DNA of 64,000 nucleotides from a virus, in IMG/VR virus record IMGVR_UViG_3300022602_000033. One strand, 5' to 3'. The translations under genes were made by a program, and so were the position numbers. Below, one piece after another: positions 35,248-45,413 of this stretch. The notes under the pieces were generated by a model. The model saw nothing but the letters and a program-made list of their open reading frames with translations, ran no database searches and was not told the DNA's origin. How positions within the stretch are numbered: the stretch's first letter is position 1; every line of letters starts with the position of its first letter.

Positions 35248-35697
35248 TCATTGATTGGCAGATTCTAGCACGCTTACGATCAGCTGTAGGTATCCGCTTG
35301 TGGTGGTGGCAGTGGGATCAGTGCCAGACACATACAGCTGATCACCTGTCTCCAGCACCAATTTACCTGCCAACATCAGCCTGCTGTCGTTGGTAGGGCA
35401 TGGAATGTCGTTCACTATGGTGGTAAACACAGGTGTCTGCACGATGTTGGGATTGTACGTGGTGACCAATCTATAGTGCCAAGCACTGGCACTGTAGGTA
35501 GTTCCTGAGCTGATGTTGGCTATCTGCATGTACAGTATGATGCCAGTGGTGCCAGGAGGAGCTGTGTATACCCAGTAGGTATTGGCTGGGTTACCGCTGG
35601 GAGGAGTTGGTGTGCCCGGTGGTATGGCAGTGTTTGGTGCCAGATACTGCACGTATGAGGTGACAGTCTTGAATGTGTTTAATGGAATACCGGCCAT
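35248..35697 (-). CDS. Conserved small virion protein of fibre loci
   Basis: PLNTFKTVT...VYTAPPGTTGIILYMQIANI...KLVLETGDQLYV...VSVLESAN. Confidence 0.75.
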   Translation of the reverse strand: MAGIPLNTFKTVTSYVQYLAPNTAIPPGTPTPPSGNPANTYWVYTAPPGTTGIILYMQIANISSGTTYSASAWHYRLVTTYNPNIVQTPVFTTIVNDIPCPTNDSRLMLAGKLVLETGDQLYVSGTDPTATTTSGYLQLIVSVLESANQ

Positions 35698-35712
35698 GTT
35701 ATGCAGTCCTTG

Positions 35713-38700
35713 TCATTGTAGCGCCAGTATGTATGGCGTCATTATTGCGAACAGGCTCTTTTGGAAGGTGCGCCCGCTCAGTGTACCTGTGTTCTGATTT
35801 ATCACCAATTCAGGACCAATCCTGAAGTTGCCGAGATGGTCAGTGGTGGTATATGCTACCCTACCGCCGTTGGTCATCACCACTTCGTGCGTCTGGTCTG
35901 GTGGATTACCTGCCCTGCTGCTAGTGCGTGCTGGTATGCAGCTGGCGATGTCTGTGCCAGATCCCACATATTCCATGCAGTGGCTGCTGGTTATGATGCG
36001 GCTCACTTGGAACATGTGCATGAGTGAACCATCAGCTGGCGTGTAAGGCAAGTTCTCGTCCAGCGTGACTGTGCCTGTGGCATCACCATTGCTGGTGCCA
36101 TAGGTCACCGTGTAATAGATGGGATAGCCTATGGGTGTGGCCTGTGCTGTGGTCCCGCCTGGATTTTCCGGAGCGCTGAACACAAAGAAGTCGGGTTTGG
36201 CCAGATCCAATGCTGTGTATTGGCTACCACTCACGATCACAGCTACCTGTTCCACGTAGTAGGTTGGCGAACCCAGATATGTGCCACCGTCCAGCGCCAT
36301 CACTGGCTGTACCTGTGCGATTGTTCCACCCGCTAATATAAACGCTTGGTACTGTGCACTGTTGAGGTTGATGCTCACGCTAGGTGGTGACACATAACCG
36401 CTGCCGCTTACTGTGACATTGGCTGCCTGTATGTAATAATACAGCGTCTCAACATAGCATACCTGTCCCACATAGGGACGCACATAGCCTTGGCTTGGTG
36501 CAGCAGGATTGAACAGAGGTAGGTTGTTTACGTACCACAAGCCTGCATATCCGTTGGTGCTGTTGGTTGGTACCAGAGCATTGTCTATGTTGCAGGCATA
36601 CTGCTCATCGCTCATGCCGTCTGCCCAGAGGCCATAGTTGCCAAAGTCTGTGTTGGAATTGGTTATGCTGCAGGTTCCACCGCTCTGGCAGATCACGCCA
36701 ATGTTGCAGCAGATCTCAAAGATGGACACCAGCTGTGCATAGCCACCGTTCTTGATCACTATGCCGTTGCCGCCATGGTTCAGAGCGTTGGTATCATAGG
36801 TTCCCAAGGGCACTGGCACAGGCGTGTAACCTATCTCGTTGTACTGCGTGAACGCATCCAGCACCATGCTGTTGAGACCTTGGCCGCGATAGGGCAGCGT
36901 GCTCTTGAAGGGCACGAACGTGAACGGCCCACCCTGGCTGGTAAACACCAGATTGTACAATGGATAGGTTAGACCGGGGTTGCTCAGTGGGTAAGGCCAC
37001 GAAGTACCAGGCAGCGGGCCACCAAACTCTATGAGCCAGGCATTGTTGCCGTTCTGGCCATCGTAACCTGGCTTGTAGGTCACGCTGCTGATGGGCGTGC
37101 CAGGACCTGCAGTGTTGTACATGATGGGTGCAGCTCCTGCACCATTGCTGACGATCTCTTCCACGATGAGGAACAGCTGGTCCACATACTGTACCACCAC
37201 GTTGCCGCCTGTGAGAGTAGTGTCTATGACCTGTGCGATGTTGCTCTGATAGAGCGGAGCAGTCTGCGTGTTGTTCAGCACGTTCACAGCCAACTGGTTG
37301 GCATATTGGAACGCAGCCACTGTCTGAGGTATCTCACCTGGTATGCGCGAGGTATTACCGTCCCAGTAGAACAGCGCATCGGTCACGCTCTGAGCATTGC
37401 CCAGATGGTAGGTGTCATAGGTAATGGCATCCCAGAGATAGCCCACATCGCGATAGCACTGGCTCTGCAGCACATCGCTGTTGAGAGTGCTAGGAAACAC
37501 CGAGTTAACATAGGCCACCACTTCGGCCTGTGCAAAGGTCCTGTTGCTGTTCATCAGCGTCTGACCGTTGGCCAGAGGATTCACACTGGGACTGTTCTGT
37601 ATGATCTCCAGCACTATGTTGTAGTTGGTAGCTATGGCAGTCACAGCAATGGCACCAGTGTTTCCCAGATAGGTATAAAACACCTGTGGCACGCCGGGAT
37701 CATAGATAGGGCTGAAGTTGGTGTTTGTGACCACGGTCTGTGCTATCTGGCTGGCGAATGCTATGCCTGCCACACAGATTGCTATGCTGCTGGGAGGCAG
37801 CACGCTCACTGGACCGTTTGCTGTCTCTGTCCAGAAATATTCGCCCGCTTGCAGAGCAAGATCGTAGTTGCTGGCCAAAAGGTCGCGGTACACTGCATCA
37901 GTGATGTAACCGATGTCTCGGGCGCTGGTGCTGCTCACAGGATAGGCAAATTCTGCAGCCATGTATGCCACTACCTGGGCCTGTATGAATGGTATGTTGG
38001 CTCGCAGCAGCGTGGCTGCATTCACAAATCCAGGCCTTGCGGGATTCTCCAGATACCATCCGCTGACCACGGTGTCGCCGAATCCAGGACTGGTGTTGTT
38101 CAATATTATCGCGCTGGTGCTGGTCAGCACGTTGTCAAAGGTGTACACATCAACTGTGTTGTAATCAAACTCATCCAGCGAGAATGTGTAGGCTGGGTTA
38201 CCGTCTATGCTGGTGGTACCCACGCTGGTGACCACAGCAGGACTGCCTTCTATACCGCTCTGCAGCAACCAACCAACGTCAACGTTGCCACTCCACGTGG
38301 GCGAATATACCTGATAGAACACTGCGGTGTTACCGCTGGTCCATGACGTCACGGTGTCCACAGTGACGTTACCAAAATCTGGTGAGCTGAGCTTGCGTCC
38401 GCGCACACCGTCAACTATCATGCCTGTGCCAGCCTCGCTGATCTGCACGTTGCCCTGATACTGCCCCAGCGTGATGCTGCTGCAGTTCTGCACGTAGGGC
38501 GATGCCCAATCGTGCAGTTCATGTATCACGGTGGTACCGTTTTCAGGGAATTGCACAGCTGCAGCAGGATACTGATGCCCTCGGAAGGTCATGCCATAGA
38601 GGTAAGTCTTGGGGTTGAGCCAGAAAATGTCCTGCGTGGGATTCTGAGGTGCCACCGTGACAGAACGCAGGTTGTCACCGAACACAGTGATGCCGCTGTG

Positions 38701-39888
38701 TACCAGTATGGGATTGGGCTCTAGATAGTCGCCTGCACGCACATATATGGTGGCATAGATCCAAGGTGTGCTGGGATTGGCTATGAGCTGAGCAGCTGCG
38801 CTGCAAGCGCTGGCAATGGTGCGCTTGGCACGATCTTCGCTGAGACCTGTGTTGGCATCATCACCGTCCACTGTGACATACATCACGCCTGTGACATGTG
38901 GAGCAGTCCTATAGGCTATGCCGCCCACATAGAGATCGTTGCTGACATAGACGCCGCCGTCCACAGGAGTCTGCAGCGTGAGGTTAGCAGTTGCCAGCCT
39001 ATTGCGTATGACATCGTTGACTATCTGCGTGTTCTGGCTGGTGATGGCATTGACGTTGAGCACGTTGTCTGTGCCCCAGGTAAACAAGCTGCTGCCACCA
39101 AACACGTTGCCGCCAGCATTGAACTGCACCGAACGCACGGGCGGAGCAGGTATACCTATGCCAGTTGGACCAGTTACGCCAGTGGGACCCGTGATGCCTG
39201 TGGGACCAGTTGGTCCTGTTGGCCCAGTATAGCCTGTGGGACCTGTGGGACCTGTCTCGCCAGTGGGTCCTGTGGGGCCTGTTTCACCGGTGGGTCCTGT
39301 GGGACCTGTGGTCACAGATGTGGGACCAGTGGGGCCTGTGATCGTGGAAGTGGGACCAGTTGGTCCAGGTATGCCAGGGAATCCCTGCTGTCCGGGCACG
39401 CCCATCAAACCTACTGGACCAGTGGCACCTGTGGGACCATTGGCTGGGCCTGTGGGACCAGTTATGGTGCTTGCAGCACCAGTGGGACCTGTTGGGCCCA
39501 CTGGATACCAGTTGGTGCTGTTGAAATACTCTATGGTGTTGGTATCTGTGTTATAGCGTATCTGCCCTATGACTGGATTGGGTCGCTGGCTGCTGTCACC
39601 TACTGGCAGCACCACAGCGCTGGTACCAGGAAAGGTGAGCTGATAGTTTTGATCGCTGGTCTGGAACTGGGTTACTAGTGTAACACTGCCTGTGGCGAGA
39701 TTGCCCGGCAATGGCGTGTAAACTGGACCTGTGATACCTATCGTGCTAGCTTGTAGCCCGCTGATGGCCACATTTGCAGCGATGAAATTCTGCTGGATGG
39801 CAGCGAAATTGTCCCTGAAGCCTTGGCTGTCATTGTCCTGATTGGCTACGGGAAACTGTGCATTAATGGTGTTGGGGTCTATGGCCAT
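35713..39888 (-). CDS. Virion protein with short collagen tract and beta-helix (pectin-lyase-like) region
   Basis: [18 protein letters not shown]-terminus, GPT tract, [17 protein letters not shown] / [10 protein letters not shown] / GDNLRSV / SPYVQNCSS / GYAQLVSIF motifs, RD.GY..DA helical repeats. Confidence 0.8.
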   Translation of the reverse strand: MAIDPNTINAQFPVANQDNDSQGFRDNFAAIQQNFIAANVAISGLQASTIGITGPVYTPLPGNLATGSVTLVTQFQTSDQNYQLTFPGTSAVVLPVGDSSQRPNPVIGQIRYNTDTNTIEYFNSTNWYPVGPTGPTGAASTITGPTGPANGPTGATGPVGLMGVPGQQGFPGIPGPTGPTSTITGPTGPTSVTTGPTGPTGETGPTGPTGETGPTGPTGYTGPTGPTGPTGITGPTGVTGPTGIGIPAPPVRSVQFNAGGNVFGGSSLFTWGTDNVLNVNAITSQNTQIVNDVIRNRLATANLTLQTPVDGGVYVSNDLYVGGIAYRTAPHVTGVMYVTVDGDDANTGLSEDRAKRTIASACSAAAQLIANPSTPWIYATIYVRAGDYLEPNPILVHSGITVFGDNLRSVTVAPQNPTQDIFWLNPKTYLYGMTFRGHQYPAAAVQFPENGTTVIHELHDWASPYVQNCSSITLGQYQGNVQISEAGTGMIVDGVRGRKLSSPDFGNVTVDTVTSWTSGNTAVFYQVYSPTWSGNVDVGWLLQSGIEGSPAVVTSVGTTSIDGNPAYTFSLDEFDYNTVDVYTFDNVLTSTSAIILNNTSPGFGDTVVSGWYLENPARPGFVNAATLLRANIPFIQAQVVAYMAAEFAYPVSSTSARDIGYITDAVYRDLLASNYDLALQAGEYFWTETANGPVSVLPPSSIAICVAGIAFASQIAQTVVTNTNFSPIYDPGVPQVFYTYLGNTGAIAVTAIATNYNIVLEIIQNSPSVNPLANGQTLMNSNRTFAQAEVVAYVNSVFPSTLNSDVLQSQCYRDVGYLWDAITYDTYHLGNAQSVTDALFYWDGNTSRIPGEIPQTVAAFQYANQLAVNVLNNTQTAPLYQSNIAQVIDTTLTGGNVVVQYVDQLFLIVEEIVSNGAGAAPIMYNTAGPGTPISSVTYKPGYDGQNGNNAWLIEFGGPLPGTSWPYPLSNPGLTYPLYNLVFTSQGGPFTFVPFKSTLPYRGQGLNSMVLDAFTQYNEIGYTPVPVPLGTYDTNALNHGGNGIVIKNGGYAQLVSIFEICCNIGVICQSGGTCSITNSNTDFGNYGLWADGMSDEQYACNIDNALVPTNSTNGYAGLWYVNNLPLFNPAAPSQGYVRPYVGQVCYVETLYYYIQAANVTVSGSGYVSPPSVSINLNSAQYQAFILAGGTIAQVQPVMALDGGTYLGSPTYYVEQVAVIVSGSQYTALDLAKPDFFVFSAPENPGGTTAQATPIGYPIYYTVTYGTSNGDATGTVTLDENLPYTPADGSLMHMFQVSRIITSSHCMEYVGSGTDIASCIPARTSSRAGNPPDQTHEVVMTNGGRVAYTTTDHLGNFRIGPELVINQNTGTLSGRTFQKSLFAIMTPYILALQ

Positions 39889-39915
39889 GGGTGCTGATCA
39901 TCCGAAATCTGCGTG

Positions 39916-39921
39916 TATTTA
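39916..39921 (-). promoter_or_regulatory. Late promoter core (GCTAAATAC), leftward
   Basis: Upstream of ATG 39888, at the strand switch. Confidence 0.7.
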
Positions 39922-39968
39922 GCGTATGGCACTATAGGCCTATTACACCTAAGATCGCGTGCATGGTC

Positions 39969-39976
39969 TATAAATA
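39969..39976 (+). promoter_or_regulatory. Exact T4 late promoter consensus TATAAATA, rightward
   Basis: Upstream of the GGGAGG RBS and the TTG start of phoH. Confidence 0.75.
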
Positions 39977-40003
39977 TTAGCGGTCAAAACCAGGGAGGAC
40001 CAT

Positions 40004-40765
40004 TTGGCTAAACGTGCGCGTCGCTCTGCGTATCGAGCGAACAATGAGAATAACTTCTACAAGCACACAGAAACACAGCATGGAAACGTGGTAAGGATAG
40101 AACAGTTCCATCGAAGTCCCCAACAGCGGCAGCGAATTAGGCTGCTGCCCAAGAACCTAGCCCAGGAAGCTTACATAGAAGCACTGGAAGATCCCTCAAT
40201 CAACATGGTATTCGCACTAGGCTACGCTGGCTCCGGCAAGACGTATATTGCCACGGTGCATGCCATACAGCAGCTGCAGTCTCGTGCAGTGAGCAAGGTG
40301 GTTATAACCAGACCTAACATAGCTGTTGATGACAAGGACATAGGTTTCTTACCGGGCGACATAGTTAAAAAGATGGGCCCATGGATCAAACCAGTGTTGG
40401 ATGTGTTCGAAGAATACTACAGCATGAAAGAGATCGCTCACATGATAGAGGAGGGTACCATAGAGCTGGTACCGGTGGCCTATCTGCGTGGACGGACCTT
40501 CAAGAACGCTGTGGTGATACTGGACGAAGCACAGAACACCACCCGCAACAGCATGCTTAGCGCACTCACACGCATAGGTGAGGGCACCAAGATGATCATA
40601 ACCGGCGACGTACGCCAGAGTGATCGTGGCAAGGATAATGGCTTAACTGACTTTATCGCTCGCTTTGACGGCACTCCCAGCATAGCAGTCTGCCATTTTG
40701 ACAAGGACAGCGTGGAACGCCATCCTGTGATCACTGACATATTGCGCATGTACGGCGAAGAATAA
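40004..40765 (+). CDS. phoH: PhoH-family ATPase
   Basis: Walker A GYAGSGKT, ITRP, GFLPG, YLRGRTF, ILDEAQN, TRIG, GD..QSD, RHP motifs. Confidence 0.95.
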   Translation: MAKRARRSAYRANNENNFYKHTETQHGNVVRIEQFHRSPQQRQRIRLLPKNLAQEAYIEALEDPSINMVFALGYAGSGKTYIATVHAIQQLQSRAVSKVVITRPNIAVDDKDIGFLPGDIVKKMGPWIKPVLDVFEEYYSMKEIAHMIEEGTIELVPVAYLRGRTFKNAVVILDEAQNTTRNSMLSALTRIGEGTKMIITGDVRQSDRGKDNGLTDFIARFDGTPSIAVCHFDKDSVERHPVITDILRMYGEE

Positions 40766-40776
40766 ACACTCACTGC

Positions 40777-40806
40777 TGCGGCATGGATAAATATTTCCAT
40801 GCCGCA
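40777..40806 (+). promoter_or_regulatory. 11-bp hairpin TGCGGCATGGA/TCCATGCCGCA with late promoter TAAATA in the loop and ATG 40799 in the 3' arm
   Basis: Perfect inverted repeat read directly. Loop TAAATATT (40788-40795). Confidence 0.8.
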
Positions 40807-41311
40807 CATTCACGACAGCAAATCAGCACAGGAAGCAGTAAACAGGATATCCGATTCTGAGGACCTAACTGACATCCTCATTGACATAGAGAACTATCTG
40901 GACAGCAACAATCTCTATGTTTACAAGAACTGGATACAAGGCGAAGTGGTCGCAGGACCATTCACCAAGCCCTACTGGATCAAGATCACCCTCAAGTATC
41001 CCTACAAGCAGATGCCAGACCCAGAAGGCGGCTTGCGCCTCATACAGCATGGTACTAAAATAAACTTTCGCTTGGCAGAAGAAGAAGTTCCCGTGAAAGT
41101 CAAGAGCGAAAGCGACTATCAACCAGGTACCAAGAAGCCCAAGATGAAGAAAGAAAAGATCTGGTTGATCGACATGCTGATACCTCGCAAGTTCGTGCGT
41201 AATCTCGACAAAGAAGTGCTTGATCAATACGAGGAAGAAGTCGATACGGACACTGTAGATGATGCCGAAGCAGAAGGCATTGATGCTGAGAAGGCAGTGA
41301 AACAGCAATGA
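40799..41311 (+). CDS. Conserved hypothetical phage protein
   Basis: 170 aa with YVYKNW..GE.V.GP, MPDPEGG.RL and IWLIDM.IP motifs. Acidic tail. ATGA coupled to the next gene. Confidence 0.8.
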   Translation: MPHIHDSKSAQEAVNRISDSEDLTDILIDIENYLDSNNLYVYKNWIQGEVVAGPFTKPYWIKITLKYPYKQMPDPEGGLRLIQHGTKINFRLAEEEVPVKVKSESDYQPGTKKPKMKKEKIWLIDMLIPRKFVRNLDKEVLDQYEEEVDTDTVDDAEAEGIDAEKAVKQQ

Positions 41312-42126
41312 GCAAGCTCACAGAAGGTCTAACTCGCCATGCGCTGGAACATCTGGTCATGCCCATGGTCACCATTGACGAGTTTGAGAGCAAGATTGAC
41401 GATCGCCGAGTGGTGGTCACTGGTTTCTATGTGACTGATCAGGATCCTGCAGTGGATCTCAGCATATTCATAGAAAAAAGCAGCATACGCCCGCTGGACA
41501 CCGAAGTCAGCCCTGCTCCCACAGATGATGGCTACTATCTGGTGTTTGTGGAGATGACGCGCAACGAAGAGTTTCCCACCAGAGTGGTACAGATGTGCGA
41601 GCAGGTCAGCAACCTAACCAACACCAAGAAATGGCAGTTCCATCCCTACGGTGAACCCGAAGGCGAGTTCCATGATCTCACAGAGGACAACATACGCAGA
41701 TATGTGAACCTCGATCCAAGCAAGGTCGAAGTCACAGACGAACCAGACACAGAAAAGCCTGGTCCGCAAGCACAAGTAAGCGAGCCAGCACCAAAAGCTC
41801 AAGGCGAACCAGCCACAGTTGCCGAACCCACAGCAGAAAGCATCGGAGCATTCTTTGCCAACAGCTTGGTAGAGAACGTGGAAGTGCGAGGCAAATGGCT
41901 GCGCATCACCAACGCTGGACAGCAGCGAATATATAAGATCAACGATTATCGCAGCGGGGCTTATGCTGCCATGCCAGTGTTTGGATTGGACATTGGCAAT
42001 CCAGTGCTGCGTGAAAGCATCGCGCTGCAGAGGTTGCTGGGTTCTGAGTATTATGTGGACTGCGCCGACGATCATGTGACCATTTCGGACGGCGATAACC
42101 ACCTGATCTTAGCGGTTGACGCCTAA
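41308..42126 (+). CDS. Conserved hypothetical phage protein
   Basis: 272 aa with IDEFESKI, DPAVDLS.FIEK and G.YLVFVEM.R motifs. Confidence 0.8.
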   Translation: MSKLTEGLTRHALEHLVMPMVTIDEFESKIDDRRVVVTGFYVTDQDPAVDLSIFIEKSSIRPLDTEVSPAPTDDGYYLVFVEMTRNEEFPTRVVQMCEQVSNLTNTKKWQFHPYGEPEGEFHDLTEDNIRRYVNLDPSKVEVTDEPDTEKPGPQAQVSEPAPKAQGEPATVAEPTAESIGAFFANSLVENVEVRGKWLRITNAGQQRIYKINDYRSGAYAAMPVFGLDIGNPVLRESIALQRLLGSEYYVDCADDHVTISDGDNHLILAVDA

Positions 42127-42143
42127 TCAAAACCTGCTATACT
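42116..42143 (+). promoter_or_regulatory. Sigma70-like promoter TTGACG-N16-TATACT with extended -10 (TGC)
   Basis: Immediately upstream of the PRTase RBS AGGGA. Confidence 0.65.
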
Positions 42144-42166
42144 GGCATGATAACAGGGACATGCCA

Positions 42167-42709
42167 ATGACAAATAAACGCTATCTCAGCTACGCAGACG
42201 TAAATTCACAAGTATTATCAATAGCTCAGCAGATAACCACAGATGGCTGGAAGCCAGATTATGTGGTTGGACTTACTCGTGGTGGTTTGCTGCCTGCCGT
42301 GTTGCTAAGTCATTGGTTTAATGTGCCTTGTCACACACTTAAGGTCAGTTTACGCGACGATGGCGCAGAAAACGAAAGCAACTGGTGGATGAGCGAAGAC
42401 GCTTTTGGGTATGATGAGCAGTTCCCTACCGAAGGCAACCCGCCCAAAAAGATTCTAATCGTAGACGACATCAACGATACTGGCGCAACTTTGGAATGGA
42501 TCAAAAGTGATTGGCGCAGCACTTGCTTGCCTGATAATCCAAACTGGGATCACGTGTGGCACAACAACGTGCGTTTCGCTGTGCTGGTAAACAATCTTGC
42601 CAGCGAGACCAAGGTTGATTATGCAGCCATGGAGATCAACAAGGCTGAGAATGATCAATGGTTGGAGTTCCCCTATGAAAATTGGTGGGTTACTGCCACA
42701 TCACAATGA
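42167..42709 (+). CDS. Type I phosphoribosyltransferase (xanthine/guanine PRT-like); start corrected to ATG 42167
   Basis: PDYVVGLTRGGL.PA, PRPP-binding ILIVDDINDTGATL, terminal W.EFPYE. Confidence 0.85.
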   Translation: MTNKRYLSYADVNSQVLSIAQQITTDGWKPDYVVGLTRGGLLPAVLLSHWFNVPCHTLKVSLRDDGAENESNWWMSEDAFGYDEQFPTEGNPPKKILIVDDINDTGATLEWIKSDWRSTCLPDNPNWDHVWHNNVRFAVLVNNLASETKVDYAAMEINKAENDQWLEFPYENWWVTATSQ

Positions 42710-42711
42710 AT

Positions 42712-42740
42712 TTGGCAGCAGCTAATACTGTTGTTAAACT
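42712..42740 (+). promoter_or_regulatory. Sigma70-like promoter TTGGCA-N17-TAAACT (extended -10 TG)
   Basis: Spacing read directly. Upstream of ATG 42793. Confidence 0.5.
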
Positions 42741-42792
42741 ACAGAGCCGGGATGTTCCGGTAACCCTTCTAAAGCATAAGAGAAAACCAGAG

Positions 42793-42987
42793 ATGGAAAA
42801 GAGACACGATATCAAGCAACGCCAACTTGATGGCAAGTGGGTAGTTTGGACTCAGGTGGACGATCCCGAAGCAGATTTGGACTATTATCGCAAGAGCGGA
42901 TTGCCTATCCCACAGCGTTGGGTTCCCATCGCAGTGGAAAACACTGAGGAAGATGCCAGAGCAGCCAGCCGTCGCAGCCGCATCTAA
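42793..42987 (+). CDS. Small hypothetical protein (64 aa; alternative start ATG 42706)
   Basis: Flanked by a promoter and a terminator. MEKRHDIKQRQLDGKWVVW... Confidence 0.6.
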   Translation: MEKRHDIKQRQLDGKWVVWTQVDDPEADLDYYRKSGLPIPQRWVPIAVENTEEDARAASRRSRI

Positions 42988-43000
42988 TATCGCGTTACTC

Positions 43001-43030
43001 AGAGGTGGGCTCAGTCCCACCTCTTTTCTT
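43001..43030 (+). terminator. Rho-independent terminator
   Basis: AGAGGTGGG-CTCAGT-CCCACCTCT followed by TTTCTT, between convergent genes. Confidence 0.8.
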
Positions 43031-43032
43031 GA

Positions 43033-43263
43033 CTATATTCTGGGAATCTTACCGTCGCTGCGGGCCACAGGCGGATAACCATCGCGAGTGACCTTGATCT
43101 TGAACTTGGCAGCCTGACGTGGGATCTCATCCACACCCACATCCGGAGTGGTGTTCACGCCCTTGACTATCTTGCCCACGCCAGCCTCCGTGAAGAAAGC
43201 ATAGCTAGACTGATCATCAGCTAGCCTTATGGGGTGATTTGTATCCAGATCCGCGAGCCTCAT
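43033..43263 (-). CDS. Small hypothetical late protein
   Basis: 76 aa with GVGKIVKGVNTTPDVGVDEI..QAAKF. TAAATA lies 5 nt upstream of the ATG. Confidence 0.7.
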   Translation of the reverse strand: MRLADLDTNHPIRLADDQSSYAFFTEAGVGKIVKGVNTTPDVGVDEIPRQAAKFKIKVTRDGYPPVARSDGKIPRI

Positions 43264-43268
43264 GGCGA

Positions 43269-43274
43269 TATTTA
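43269..43274 (-). promoter_or_regulatory. Late promoter core (ACTAAATATC)
   Basis: 5 nt before ATG 43263, no RBS. Confidence 0.7.
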
Positions 43275-43280
43275 GTGATA

Positions 43281-44345
43281 TCAGCTGCGCAGATTCTTGG
43301 CGATGAAATCTTCGATCAATTCCATGTTGTTCTGCAGGCGTTTATCGTTTGGTAACTTGTCCAGTGCCAGCTTGGCCTGTGCCAGAGATTCATCATAGAG
43401 CTTGAGGTTCCAAGCTGCGATGCTGAGCAGATCATGTGGTTGCCATCCCCAGGCTTCAGGTGTGCAAGTGTAATCCATGGGATGCTTGGTTACCTTGAGA
43501 GCACGATGCGCGTAGTCATAGCAGTTCTTCCAATCAGCAGCTTCGTAGTAGTGTTGTGCCAATGCTACCAGAGGTTCACGATGAGTTGGCACTTCATAGG
43601 CAGCTTGCTTGAGCCAGAACAGCTTGTTCTCGGGTTCAGCTTGTGCCAGCGTGGTCAGTGCTTGGCAACGCTCCACGGTGTCGTAGCTCATGCCAAGGAA
43701 TTCCTTGTAGGTGGCAGCACACTTGTCCCAGATCTTTTGGTAAGCATATTCGCGACCAAGATAGGCTTTGATGCGTGAATCATGCGGCCATTCTCTCACG
43801 CTTTCTTCCAACAGCGATAGGTCGCCGCTCTTGCTCTTGGGATCTGGAAAGTGATGTATCTGAAAATCGTCAGTGAAAGTGTGAACTTCAGGTAATCGGC
43901 TGACCAGTCCTTCGTGTGTGGCTCCCATCCAGCGATAGCCCTTGCGACTGTGTATGCGATCACCATACCATTGGCGGCCCGGAGTGCCATCTGCGTTCCA
44001 GTTCCAGATGTATGGATAGCGCAGCCTCGTGGTCTCTGGCTTCCAAGCTGCTTCTAACTTGTCGCGCCAACCAGGTGTCAATCTCTCGTCTGTGTCCAGG
44101 CGTATGCACACATCTATGTCGTCTGGTACCAGGTACATGGCAGTGTTGAACGCATCGTCAAAGCGCCAGGGTACGATACGAACATCTGTGACTTGTACTC
44201 CAAGCTCCAACATCTTTTCCTTGGTGCCATCAGTGCTACCAGTGTCAGCCACGCATATGATGTCGGCATCACAGCAGCTATCATACCAGGGTTGCACGTG
44301 GTGAATTTGGTTCTTGGTTGGTCCGTAAATTGCTATGCGCATCAT
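43281..44345 (-). CDS. GT2 glycosyltransferase with C-terminal TPR repeats (start ATG 44345)
   Basis: ADTGSTDGT, PWRFDDAFN, RLDTDE (DxD), W.GATHE, helical TPR tail. ATGA overlap with the upstream paralog. Confidence 0.85.
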   Translation of the reverse strand: MMRIAIYGPTKNQIHHVQPWYDSCCDADIICVADTGSTDGTKEKMLELGVQVTDVRIVPWRFDDAFNTAMYLVPDDIDVCIRLDTDERLTPGWRDKLEAAWKPETTRLRYPYIWNWNADGTPGRQWYGDRIHSRKGYRWMGATHEGLVSRLPEVHTFTDDFQIHHFPDPKSKSGDLSLLEESVREWPHDSRIKAYLGREYAYQKIWDKCAATYKEFLGMSYDTVERCQALTTLAQAEPENKLFWLKQAAYEVPTHREPLVALAQHYYEAADWKNCYDYAHRALKVTKHPMDYTCTPEAWGWQPHDLLSIAAWNLKLYDESLAQAKLALDKLPNDKRLQNNMELIEDFIAKNLRS

Positions 44346-45412
44346 GCTTGTTCCTTGATCTTGCCCTGCATCCACTGCAGATTGGTCTTTAATCTATCGT
44401 CAGTTGGTGCCATATCAACTGCCTGTTGGCACCATAATGCTGCCTTGGTATACCAGCCTAGGTTAGCAGCAGCTATGCTGCCAAAGTCCAGCAGCTGATT
44501 ACCCCAAGCATCTGCGTTGTCCAGATAGCTGTGGTCTCGCCTGCTCTTGTCCATGCCGCTGCCTGCAGCCCACAGCAATCCGTGCCAATCTTGGCAATTA
44601 TAATAGTACCGTGCTAGCTCTAACCAGACTTGCCTGCGCTCCGGGCTGCATATCAGTGCCCGCTGTATGTATTCAAGCTTGCGGCTATCGCTCATCCTGC
44701 TGATGTAGATCATGGCTTCTGAACGCTCTATCGGCCATCTGCTGGTCTCTAGATCCAGATAACGATTGAGTTCAGCCACAGCCTCTGCATGCTTGTTGGC
44801 ATACATCAGCTCTCGACCATACCAGAAGCTGAGCTGGCTGTCTGTGGGATCTTCTGTGGTAGCTATGGCCATCAGAGGCAGATAATTGCCGCGTGTGGGC
44901 TTGCTGCGATCCTGTATCTGGTTCAGCATTATGCTGAGATCTTCGGCTATGTTCTCGTAACCCAGCGTGCTGAACACAGTCTCATGCACAGGACGTCGCC
45001 ATTGGTAACCAATCCTTGCATGTATCTTGTCCATGCGATAACCATCATTGGGTCCGCCATCTCTGTAATCAAACACATAGGTGTAGGCCAAACGTGTGGT
45101 CTCGTTCATACGCCACGCTGCTTCCATCTTGGCTCGCCAACCTGCGGCGAGAAACTCGTCCATGTCTTGGCTGATGCAGATGTCAGTGTCGCTGGGCAAG
45201 CAGGCTAGTGCAGCATTGCGAGCATGATCAAAGCGCCACGGATCAAAACGCTGTTCGAACACTGTGACACCCAGCTCTCTGAGCTTCTCAACAGTGCCGT
45301 CAGTGCTGCCAGTGTCCAGCACCACGCGATAATCTGCATCTGAGACGCTGTTGGCCCAGCGCTCGCAGTGCTTGATCTCGTTTAATGCCACCGTATAAAC
45401 GCCTATCTTCAT
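44342..45412 (-). CDS. GT2 glycosyltransferase with C-terminal TPR repeats
   Basis: ALNE, LDTGSTDGT, PWRFDHARNAAL, QDMDE, WRRPVHE, FWYGREL plus TPRs. Confidence 0.9.
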   Translation of the reverse strand: MKIGVYTVALNEIKHCERWANSVSDADYRVVLDTGSTDGTVEKLRELGVTVFEQRFDPWRFDHARNAALACLPSDTDICISQDMDEFLAAGWRAKMEAAWRMNETTRLAYTYVFDYRDGGPNDGYRMDKIHARIGYQWRRPVHETVFSTLGYENIAEDLSIMLNQIQDRSKPTRGNYLPLMAIATTEDPTDSQLSFWYGRELMYANKHAEAVAELNRYLDLETSRWPIERSEAMIYISRMSDSRKLEYIQRALICSPERRQVWLELARYYYNCQDWHGLLWAAGSGMDKSRRDHSYLDNADAWGNQLLDFGSIAAANLGWYTKAALWCQQAVDMAPTDDRLKTNLQWMQGKIKEQA

Positions 45413-45413
45413 A

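Noticed and set aside
43281-45412. T4-type DNA glucosyltransferases
   Set aside because: These are GT-A/GT2 enzymes with TPRs rather than GT-B agt/bgt, and no hydroxymethylase is nearby. DNA as acceptor is not strictly excluded.
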